A stretch of 64,000 nucleotides of DNA from Candidatus Collierbacteria bacterium RIFCSPLOWO2_01_FULL_50_23 (GTDB lineage Bacteria; Patescibacteriota; Microgenomatia; UBA1400; MFAQ01). Both the position numbers and the translations under genes were made by a program. The notes beneath the pieces were generated by a model. The model ran no database searches. It had not been told where the DNA came from and was given only the letters and a program-made list of their open reading frames with translations. Shown here one piece after another: positions 56,785 to 64,000 of the stretch (within the stretch, counting starts at the first letter, position 1; each line of letters starts with the position of its first letter). Location: contig MFAI01000036.1 in assembly GCA_001774555.1 (NCBI GenBank), positions 1,488-65,487 on the forward strand. The letters run 5' to 3'.

Positions 56785-57215
56785 AAGTCGTAAAGAGTTA
56801 GCACCGTCGGAATTGAACTTGAAACTGTGTCTGAACCAACTATCCAAGACATTGTCACGGTGACATCGACCCTGGTTGAGGCTCCTGCAGGTGAAAAAGT
56901 GCAAGTCATCTGGCAAGAATACATATCGTTGATTCCGAAAGTTCCGCAGGGGTCGTTGCACGTCTCGCTGGCAAAAAAAGTCTCCTTGTCCAGGTCCCTG
57001 GTATTTCTGTAGGCCTCAAGTACTTTTTCGATATATTTCGTCGCCTCCAACTTGTTCCTCGAAGCCATTGCCAGCTTGGTAGCATGCGTTATTACCGTCA
57101 GACTCATCACCAATGCCGTCGTGATTACCCCAAGTCCCACCAAGATCTCGATCATCAGTTGACCCGCCCGCCTGCATGCGCAGCTTGCGGCGTGGCCCTT
57201 CATCCTACTAATCAT
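56781..57215 (-). CDS. Pseudopilin-like protein (atypical leader)
   Basis: RRAGQLMIEILVGLGVITTALVMSL has a G|QLMIE site with Glu+5 and a hydrophobic helix. Less canonical than its neighbours. Confidence 0.4.
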   Translation of the reverse strand: MISRMKGHAASCACRRAGQLMIEILVGLGVITTALVMSLTVITHATKLAMASRNKLEATKYIEKVLEAYRNTRDLDKETFFASETCNDPCGTFGINDMYSCQMTCTFSPAGASTRVDVTVTMSWIVGSDTVSSSIPTVLTLYDL

Positions 57216-57223
57216 AATTCAGT

Positions 57224-57754
57224 TTAGCAGGGACCGGCATAGACCGGGCGACTGACATTTGCCGCTTGATAAATTGTCACGGCAAACAGGTATTTATATC
57301 CGCAAATATTCACAGTCGCAGGCGTGGCCGAAATAGTTCTGCTGTCAAAAGTGGTGCCCCCAGCGCTTTGAAAAACACTATTAGCCAAGGTTAAAGAAAG
57401 ATTGGGAATTGGCACAGAACCGACCCCCGGGCAAGTTGCCGATACTGTTAGATCGGCACCGGAAAAACCCACAACGTAGTTGGTCACATTCGTGCAGCCT
57501 GGAGGAATCTCAACCGCAGTTGCCTTGATCTGAATCGTTCGCAGCCAATCGGCCACGGCACTGGCGTCGTCGTTTGTCGATCTTCGTTCCCGATAATTCA
57601 AAAAGGTGACCAGCGACGTCCCCGAAAGCACAATAATAATTGTCGAGGTGATCAGCAGTTCGATCATGGTGAAGCCCCTGCCCGAAATGCCCTGCCCGAA
57701 AAGCTTCGCTTGACGATGCAGGCGGGTACGCATAACGTTGCAGGCGGGTTTCAT
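57224..57754 (-). CDS. Pseudopilin / minor pilin
   Basis: GRGFTMIELLITSTIIIVLSG motif. ATGA-coupled to the upstream gene. Confidence 0.65.
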   Translation of the reverse strand: MKPACNVMRTRLHRQAKLFGQGISGRGFTMIELLITSTIIIVLSGTSLVTFLNYRERRSTNDDASAVADWLRTIQIKATAVEIPPGCTNVTNYVVGFSGADLTVSATCPGVGSVPIPNLSLTLANSVFQSAGGTTFDSRTISATPATVNICGYKYLFAVTIYQAANVSRPVYAGPC

Positions 57755-58155
57755 GGTTGCGTGTATGAGCAGCTTCCGGCCAGCTCCAGGGTACAGGAGA
57801 GGGAGTAGGTTGTCGTGGTCGGACGCGAGTAGGGATAGGCGTTTCCCGTTTGGGGGTCGGTCGGGGTCGCCGAAAGCGTGACCGTCGCATCTGAGCAGGT
57901 CACTGTTCCGGCAATTGACGCGGGATAGATACCGGTATTTGAACGGCAGATCTCCAAAGCAGAACGAATCGTTTGCACATCCGCCTGACGTCTGGCGTCG
58001 CGGCTTCTTTGGTTGGTATTTGAATATGAAACGACCGCCGCCGCCATCATGACTGCCATTATGGTGACTGAAACCAATAGTTCAATAAAGGAAAAACCGG
58101 AGTCCTGCATTGCGGGGCGACGTGGTGAGGTTGACGAATCCACCTTGTTCTTCAT
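57751..58155 (-). CDS. Pseudopilin / minor pilin
   Basis: Start at MKNKVDSS..., ATGA-coupled to the upstream stop. DSGFSFIELLVSVTIMAV motif. Confidence 0.65.
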   Translation of the reverse strand: MKNKVDSSTSPRRPAMQDSGFSFIELLVSVTIMAVMMAAAVVSYSNTNQRSRDARRQADVQTIRSALEICRSNTGIYPASIAGTVTCSDATVTLSATPTDPQTGNAYPYSRPTTTTYSLSCTLELAGSCSYTQP

Positions 58156-58583
58156 TGCAGATTTGCTACACAGAAATAAGCCCCACTGCCCCAAGTACAA
58201 CTGCTATTAGTTGAATTACCGCCACTGCCGGTTTCCATTTGTGCACAAATACAGTACGTTGTAGCAGTACAGGTCTGGGTATAAGTATAAGTCCCCGGAT
58301 CGTTCGGCCAGCTTCCCTTCAAGTTAATATCGGCGGCGTCACAAGTGGTGGGGTAAACGAAACTGGTGGCAGAATAATACTGTTCCAGGGCATCTCTCAT
58401 CGCGTTTAGGTCGACTTTTCTCCGGGTATCGCGAGTTCTCACCTGAGCCGCGTTATACGAAACCGCCGAAAAACTGACCAGGATAGCGATGATTCCGATC
58501 ACGACCAGTAGCTCGAGTAACGTAAAGCCCCGCCCGCCTAAATGCATAGCTTTTGGTGTGGCTTTGTTTTTCATTTTTTCCAT
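58152..58583 (-). CDS. Type IV pilin (paralog A of a tandem pair)
   Basis: MEKMKNKATPKAMHLGGRGFTLLELLVVIGIIAILV. Shares the leader MKNKATPKAMH with the next gene. Exact start is uncertain (58583 or 58574). Confidence 0.65.
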   Translation of the reverse strand: MEKMKNKATPKAMHLGGRGFTLLELLVVIGIIAILVSFSAVSYNAAQVRTRDTRRKVDLNAMRDALEQYYSATSFVYPTTCDAADINLKGSWPNDPGTYTYTQTCTATTYCICAQMETGSGGNSTNSSCTWGSGAYFCVANLQ

Positions 58584-58585
58584 TT

Positions 58586-59056
58586 TCAGGGTTGTGTTAA
58601 TTGATAGATATAACCGGCATTTCCGGCTCCGCAAGTCACTACCGGAGTCAGCTTGTCTGGATCACTGGTATTTTCCAAACAGGTTTGAAGGGCATAAGTC
58701 AACTGGGAGGTCCGATTGTACCCATAATCAAACCAGGTTCCGTCCTCGACCTTCTCTTTCGGGTCAACCGGTAGTCTCTCCATATATGCACTCACCAACG
58801 CGGCGGAAAGGCCGATGGCATTATCGGGATACGACTGCGGGAACTGGTCGTTTTTATAAAGCTCGAGTGCGTTTTGGATTTGTCTCAACTCGCTCTTCCT
58901 TTGGACATCACGGGCTCTGGACCTGGCCTGACCGAAGTTAAAAGCCGCCAAACCAGTGAGGGTGGCGATGATCGCTATCACGACAACCAACTCAATTAAG
59001 GTAAAGCCCTGCCCGTCAAAATGCATAGCTTTTGGTGTGGCTTTATTTTTCATCAT
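58586..59056 (-). CDS. Type IV pilin (paralog B of a tandem pair)
   Basis: MMKNKATPKAMHFDGQGFTLIELVVVIAIIATL. The DNA of the first ~30 nt is nearly identical to paralog A. Confidence 0.7.
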   Translation of the reverse strand: MMKNKATPKAMHFDGQGFTLIELVVVIAIIATLTGLAAFNFGQARSRARDVQRKSELRQIQNALELYKNDQFPQSYPDNAIGLSAALVSAYMERLPVDPKEKVEDGTWFDYGYNRTSQLTYALQTCLENTSDPDKLTPVVTCGAGNAGYIYQLTQP

Positions 59057-59565
59057 TCAACACCTGCTTGACTAACGGTGTAATTACAGTTTACATCACC
59101 ACACGAGGCCGCTACTTCCAAATAGTTTGGATCGGCGGTATTTTCCAACGCCGCAAAAAGTTTGTAACCCGCATTCGTCTTTTCATAATAATAGGTCTGC
59201 CCATTGACAGGGTCGTTTGGCATCTTCGCCAAATAGGTGACTAATGCGCCCTGAAAAAATGCCGCCATCGGGTCTCCAAAGTCACAGTAATCCAAACCGG
59301 TATCGATGTAATCGCACGCCTTCATCTTCCCGGCACCATCGTCATTTGGATAGTCGCCCCGGTCGGTCGCAAAAGCCTCCAATCCTCTGACAATGGTCGC
59401 CAAGTCGCTCTTCCTTCGGGCGTCATGAGACTTCTTCAAGCTGAAAATAAAATTAGAAAAACCCACAGTGGCCAAAATAAGCATGATCGCCACTACGATC
59501 AATAACTCCATCAGGGTGAAGCCCTGCCTGCCGGCAGGCATGGCGCCATGTTGCATTAAACTCAT
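59053..59565 (-). CDS. Type IV pilin / pseudopilin
   Basis: Start at MSLMQHGAMPAGRQGFTLMELLIVVAIMLILA. Its ATG overlaps the pilD stop (TAATG). The long 5' extension in the track ORF overlaps pilD in another frame and is rejected. Confidence 0.7.
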   Translation of the reverse strand: MSLMQHGAMPAGRQGFTLMELLIVVAIMLILATVGFSNFIFSLKKSHDARRKSDLATIVRGLEAFATDRGDYPNDDGAGKMKACDYIDTGLDYCDFGDPMAAFFQGALVTYLAKMPNDPVNGQTYYYEKTNAGYKLFAALENTADPNYLEVAASCGDVNCNYTVSQAGVE

Positions 59566-60365
59566 TATATCAATCCCCAATACCAAGACCAGAGCTGCTG
59601 CCCCCAGAGTAAAGCCGCGACTGTACCCCAGACCAAAAATGGTCCGAATGGAATGGTCTGTCCGAACTTCTTTTTTCCAAGGAGCAACAAAAAGACCGCC
59701 AGTATCGCGCCGGTCAAGAAAGCAATAAACATCCCGGTTAGAGTCCGCGGCCAACCCAGGAGCAAACCAAGGGATGGCGCCAGCTTGACGTCTCCAAAAC
59801 CAAAGCCCCGCCCCTTCGTGAAATACCACAGACCGTAAAAGAACGCCGTCAGCACCAAACCCGAGATCACCGCGGTGACCAGGTCTGGGCTCTGCATCTG
59901 ATTTGTGCTGACCAGGCCCAAGCGATAACCCAGTGCCAATACAAATAAAGATATGTTCACTTGGTCGGGGATCAATCCGAACCTCAGGTCGGCAATAAAA
60001 ATCACCAAAAGCAACATCCCAATGATCAGCCAAAAGACGGGCTGGACGTAGTTCCATGGCTGTCCCCAAAGCAGAAAAAAACTCTTACCCATCAGATACC
60101 ACCAAACAAATAAGATTCCGGTCATGAACTCGACTATCGGATACTGCCAACTTATTCTTGTTTTACAATTCGCACATTTTCCGTGCAGTAGAAAAAAGGA
60201 GATTAGAGGAATATTGTGTTTCCAGGAAATTGTCCTTTTGCATTTGGGACAAACTGACCTACCCGAAAGGGGAGAGGTGCCATGAGTCGTCCTGTAGATC
60301 ACCACATTCAGAAATGACCCCCAAACTAAGCCGAAAATAAAGACAAATAGGATTATCACTGCCAC
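59565..60365 (-). CDS. pilD: Prepilin peptidase PilD (A24 family aspartic peptidase / N-methyltransferase)
   Basis: N-terminal TM then zinc-binding CPKC...CANC tetracysteine, followed by multi-TM A24 peptidase body. Confidence 0.85.
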   Translation of the reverse strand: MAVIILFVFIFGLVWGSFLNVVIYRTTHGTSPLSGRSVCPKCKRTISWKHNIPLISFFLLHGKCANCKTRISWQYPIVEFMTGILFVWWYLMGKSFFLLWGQPWNYVQPVFWLIIGMLLLVIFIADLRFGLIPDQVNISLFVLALGYRLGLVSTNQMQSPDLVTAVISGLVLTAFFYGLWYFTKGRGFGFGDVKLAPSLGLLLGWPRTLTGMFIAFLTGAILAVFLLLLGKKKFGQTIPFGPFLVWGTVAALLWGQQLWSWYWGLI

Positions 60366-60400
60366 CCCACTAATATAACATCAAACCCCGCCAAAGCAGT

Positions 60401-60994
60401 CTATTCGAAGCACTGCAAACATTCCCCTGCATCCTTCTGGGCAGTAGTACAGCCAACAGCTACTGAATTGCCTGCCGCGTTGATACTCCATTGAACTGCT
60501 ACCGTGTCGTTACGAAGCGCCTTGCCTTCAGGCGCATAACAGACAATCGCCGTTGTATTGGACCCGGAGCCAAGGTAAAGTGTCGTCGATAACCCTGAAA
60601 AGAACGCGCTCTTGAGCTCACCATCAGCCAAAACAGAATCGGTGATACAACCATTAACCGCTGCGGTATAGTCGGTACTAGTCGTATTTGCTATCTTCAC
60701 CACCGCGTGAGGATAACCAGACTCCGACACACGAAGAGGGTCGAAGACCGCACCGACACCGCCGGTGATACAAGTGACCACCGTCGACTGCCAGGGCAAG
60801 ACACCGTGAGTGGCATAATAACGCGTCAGAGCATTCAAGGTTTCAACGGATGCGTTTCTGTTGTTCGCGTCACGAGCCTTCTTCAGCTGTTCAAAAGGGT
60901 CAACGGCGGCGAGAAGCCCGGAGGCAAGGATACCCAAAACACCGATCACGATTAATAGCTCGATCAGGGTAAAACCCTGGGACAACTTTCTCAT
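60401..60994 (-). CDS. Type IV pilin (candidate major pilin of cluster 2)
   Basis: MRKLSQGFTLIELLIVIGVLGILASGLLAAV has a short leader and a canonical G|FTLIE site. C-terminal Cys pair (D-region disulfide). Confidence 0.8.
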   Translation of the reverse strand: MRKLSQGFTLIELLIVIGVLGILASGLLAAVDPFEQLKKARDANNRNASVETLNALTRYYATHGVLPWQSTVVTCITGGVGAVFDPLRVSESGYPHAVVKIANTTSTDYTAAVNGCITDSVLADGELKSAFFSGLSTTLYLGSGSNTTAIVCYAPEGKALRNDTVAVQWSINAAGNSVAVGCTTAQKDAGECLQCFE

Positions 60995-61043
60995 TTTATA
61001 TAGACAACTAGTAATATTTGTCTCTCACTCCACTGTAGAGTTT

Positions 61044-62246
61044 TTAGAACTGGTTTGTCAAATTGTAAATCGGCAGGATCACCGCCATGACCAGAAACCC
61101 AACCCCAATACCCATAAACACCATGATGATCGGTTCGATTGCCGTCGTTAATGCCTTCACCTTCAACTCCGACTGAGATTCATAAAACTCAGCCAGCTTA
61201 GACAAAATCTCGTCTACTTTTCCGGTTTGCTCACCGACTGCAATCATCTGCGACAGGATCGGCGGAAAATCAGAAGTGCTCGCGATCGCGTCTGCCAGGG
61301 TGGTCCCTTTTTCTACCTTCACCGCCGCTCGCCTGATTTCATCCCCATAGATCTGACTACCAAGGGTTTCTGAAACAATGCGCAAACCATCCAAAATCGG
61401 GATCGCCGCCGAAGAAAGCAGTCCCATCGTCCTGGCGAACTCGGCCAGGGTAATATCTTTTCGCAATGGCCCCCAAATCGGAATCTTAAACACCATCTGC
61501 TCTATTATCAGTCCTCCAACTTGGGAACGTGCCCAACGCCGGAAAAAAACAAGGCCGATCGCCAAACCTCCAAATAGCAGCCACCAATAATTGACCATGA
61601 AGTCAGAAATACCGATGAGGATCAGGGTGGGTGTCGGTAGCTTCGCCCCAAAATCCTTATACATCTGCGTCATCTTCGGGACGACAAAGATCATCATGAT
61701 CGTCGCCACCACCACCATCCCGATCATTACGATCGCCGGGTATATCAAGGCTCCCTTGGTTTTATTCCGGAATTCGCGCTGTTTGTCGAGCGTGTCCGCC
61801 ATTTTTCGCATGATCTCATCGAGAACTCCGGCCGACTCTCCTGCCTTTACCAGCGCGATGTAGACATTACTAAAAGTCCCCTCGGTCTTTTCCAAGGCCG
61901 ACCCCAAGGAAGAGCCTCCTTCGACCTCTGTCAGAACTTTATCAATTATCACCGCCATTTTGGGCTTGCTCTGATCTTTGAGAATTCTCAATGCGTCAAC
62001 CAGGGGTAATCCCGAAGCGATCATTGTGGACAACTGACGGGTGAAGTTGGTAATCTCTTCGAACTTTGGTTTTCCGATCGAGGAAAAAAGCTCATCAAAA
62101 ACGCTTTCGGATACCTCGCGAAGAGAGACGATGGTCAGTTTCTTACCACGCAATATCGAGGCGGCCTGAGGCAAGTTGTTGGCTTCAACCACTCCGGCAA
62201 CCTGTTTATTGCTCTCGTCTATGACCCGGTAGTTGAACCTTTTCAT
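61044..62246 (-). CDS. pilC: Type IV pilus platform protein PilC (second copy)
   Basis: 400 aa GspF-family protein with two repeats and TM helices, next to PilT. Confidence 0.85.
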   Translation of the reverse strand: MKRFNYRVIDESNKQVAGVVEANNLPQAASILRGKKLTIVSLREVSESVFDELFSSIGKPKFEEITNFTRQLSTMIASGLPLVDALRILKDQSKPKMAVIIDKVLTEVEGGSSLGSALEKTEGTFSNVYIALVKAGESAGVLDEIMRKMADTLDKQREFRNKTKGALIYPAIVMIGMVVVATIMMIFVVPKMTQMYKDFGAKLPTPTLILIGISDFMVNYWWLLFGGLAIGLVFFRRWARSQVGGLIIEQMVFKIPIWGPLRKDITLAEFARTMGLLSSAAIPILDGLRIVSETLGSQIYGDEIRRAAVKVEKGTTLADAIASTSDFPPILSQMIAVGEQTGKVDEILSKLAEFYESQSELKVKALTTAIEPIIMVFMGIGVGFLVMAVILPIYNLTNQF

Positions 62247-63307
62247 TTGATTTCACCGATGAGCCTGGCCAGAACTGCCGGGTGATTGGCATATTTGTAG
62301 GCCACATCTTTGTCCACCACCCCACGGTTAACCAAGTTTGCGATACTGCTCTCCAGCAAGATCATGCCCATTTCTTGGCTGGTCTGGATGACATTGTCGA
62401 TCTGATGGGTCTTTCCTTCACGGATATTACTCTTTATCGCCGGGGTACTGACCATGACTTCAACCGCGACAATACGCTTGCCGTCCTTAGTTGGAATCAG
62501 TCTCTGTGAAAATACCGCTTCAAGAGAGGTGGATAATTGAGATCTGATCTGCTCCTGTTGTTCCTCCGGAAAAGAGTCGATCACGCGATCAACAGTTTGC
62601 GATGCGCTGTTGGTATGCAGGGTAGCAAAAACCAGATGCCCCGTTTCCGCCGTCGTCATCGCCGCGGACATTGTCTCCAGATCACGCATTTCACCAACCA
62701 GAACCACATTTGGGTCTTCGCGGAGACTCGATCTTAGGGCTCTGGCAAAAGATTTGGTGTCATTACCGACTTCACGCTGCGAAATAATCGATTTTTTGTT
62801 TTGGTAGACAAACTCTACCGGGTCTTCAATGGTAATAATATGTTCTGCTCTGGTCACATTGATTTCTTCGATAATGGCCGCCAAAGTCGAGCTTTTGCCC
62901 TGACTCGTCGGACCGGTAACCAATATAAATCCCTGGTGCAGCTGGGCAAAAGTATGACAAATCGTTGGCAGCTTCAGATCATCTATCGATGGAACAATTT
63001 CCGGAATCAAACGAAAGGCCCCGGCGACCGAGCCTTTCTGAGTATAAGCATTGACACGAAAACGGGCCACACCGGGAATTGCATAAGAGTAGTCCCATTC
63101 TTTCTCGGTCAAAAAACGCTCCTTCTGCTCCGGGGTCATTGTCTCGAGCACCATCTGGCTAGTTGTCGCCGCATCAAGAACCGGTTCGCTGGAAATAAAA
63201 CTCAGTCGTCCGTGAGTTCGTAACGACGGCTGTGAACCAACCACTAAATGTAAATCGGAAGAGCCCGAATCAAAAACTGCCTTTAGCAAATCATTTATTT
63301 TGGTCAT
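62243..63307 (-). CDS. pilT: Twitching-motility / retraction ATPase PilT
   Basis: 354 aa. SDLHLVVGSQP, RFRVNAY, Walker A LVTGPTSQGKSST, Asp/His boxes. Lacks the PilB N-terminal domains. Confidence 0.88.
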   Translation of the reverse strand: MTKINDLLKAVFDSGSSDLHLVVGSQPSLRTHGRLSFISSEPVLDAATTSQMVLETMTPEQKERFLTEKEWDYSYAIPGVARFRVNAYTQKGSVAGAFRLIPEIVPSIDDLKLPTICHTFAQLHQGFILVTGPTSQGKSSTLAAIIEEINVTRAEHIITIEDPVEFVYQNKKSIISQREVGNDTKSFARALRSSLREDPNVVLVGEMRDLETMSAAMTTAETGHLVFATLHTNSASQTVDRVIDSFPEEQQEQIRSQLSTSLEAVFSQRLIPTKDGKRIVAVEVMVSTPAIKSNIREGKTHQIDNVIQTSQEMGMILLESSIANLVNRGVVDKDVAYKYANHPAVLARLIGEIK

Positions 63308-64000
63308 TAGATTTGCGCGACTCTCAAAACTTCCTCGATGGTAGTAATTCCTTCGAGAATCTTGATATAACCATCTTGTTTCATCAACATCATCCCTTCT
63401 ACGACAGCCTGTTTTTCGATACTGGCGGCATCGGAGCGCTGCATAATTAGTTTGGCAATATTTGAAGAAACCGGCAAGACCTCAAAAATGGCAATCCGGC
63501 CCAAATAGCCTGTCTGACCACACCGGACGCAGCCCTTGCCCTTATAAAGCAGGAGTTCACCCCCCTGTTTTTGAGCTTCAGTTATTTTTTGCGAATTACC
63601 CTTGATATAACTATCGAAGTACTCACCCAGGACCGACTTGATATCTGATACTATCGCCGGATCAGGAAGATAGGCGATCTTGCAGTCATCACAAATCCGC
63701 CGGAGTACGCGCTGAGCCACTATTGACGTCATCGAACTGGCGAGAAGAAACGGCTCTGACTTCATATCGATCAAACGAGGAAGCGCGCCGGCAGCTGAAT
63801 TCGTGTGAAGAGTAGAAAAAACCAAATGTCCCGTCAACGAAGCCTGGATAGCCAGTTCTGCCGTCTCTTCATCACGGATCTCTCCCACCATAATAATATT
63901 CGGATCCTGCCGTAAAAAAGAACGTAATCCTGAAGCAAAAGTTAATCCCGCCTGCGGATTGATCTGGACCTGATTTACCCCCGGCATGGCGTACTCGATC
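63307..64000 (-). CDS. pilB: Type IV pilus assembly ATPase PilB, second copy (C-terminal part only; N-terminus beyond window end)
   Basis: GspE C-terminal region with His box and tetracysteine CDDC...CVRC. The ORF is open to the window edge. Confidence 0.8.
   Translation of the reverse strand, partial: IEYAMPGVNQVQINPQAGLTFASGLRSFLRQDPNIIMVGEIRDEETAELAIQASLTGHLVFSTLHTNSAAGALPRLIDMKSEPFLLASSMTSIVAQRVLRRICDDCKIAYLPDPAIVSDIKSVLGEYFDSYIKGNSQKITEAQKQGGELLLYKGKGCVRCGQTGYLGRIAIFEVLPVSSNIAKLIMQRSDAASIEKQAVVEGMMLMKQDGYIKILEGITTIEEVLRVAQI

Noticed and set aside
59566-60069. 168-codon N-terminal extension of track ORF 59053..60069
   Set aside because: The extension overlaps pilD (59565..60365) in a different frame and has Arg/Gly-rich shadow-frame composition. 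The pilin signature begins only at the internal Met (MSLMQHGAMPAGRQGFTLMELL), whose ATG is stop/start-coupled to pilD.

Overview
This 64 kb window reads like a small-genome, CPR/Patescibacteria-type bacterial chromosome segment, possibly Saccharibacteria-like; that lineage call is an inference from gene content only. There is no rRNA and no CRISPR array. Two separate type IV pilus (T4P) gene clusters bracket the window. Cluster 1 runs 121-8796 on the minus strand: major pilin, PilO, a PilM-PilN fusion, a PilX_N-like large protein, three pseudopilins, PilC and PilB. Cluster 2 runs 53116-64000 on the minus strand: PilO/PilN/PilM, a PilX_N-like protein, seven pilin or pseudopilin genes, PilD, a major pilin, PilC, PilT and a PilB that runs off the window end. 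Between the clusters lie housekeeping genes: typA, infC-rpmI-rplT, pheS-pheT, a class A PBP, recG, rpmF (missed by the ORF track), nusB, rnc, rpsP, a KH protein, dcd, an ABC-F ATPase, an MFS transporter and a short trigger factor. I found ten tRNA genes by eye: Gln, Leu-TAA, Arg-TCT, Gly, Pro, His, Lys, Arg-TCG, Leu-TAG and Val. Base composition is strongly mosaic. A high-GC block after tRNA-Gln carries an SPFH gene. A low-GC island after the five-tRNA cluster carries a PP2C phosphatase, a GNAT, an HExxH protein and unknowns, and is partly bounded by a ~50 bp direct repeat. A second high-GC block at 19.6-24.1 kb carries a truncated, frameshifted GH2-like glycosidase remnant, unknown proteins and an L,D-transpeptidase. 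Two adjacent giant surface proteins (28117-34028) carry metallophosphoesterase domains, a beta-helix, Thr/Pro-rich repeats including a perfect 48 bp tandem repeat, and what look like cohesin-like and dockerin-like modules. There is also a solo IS200/IS605 tnpA with flanking hairpins and an orphan Cas4-like Fe-S nuclease.
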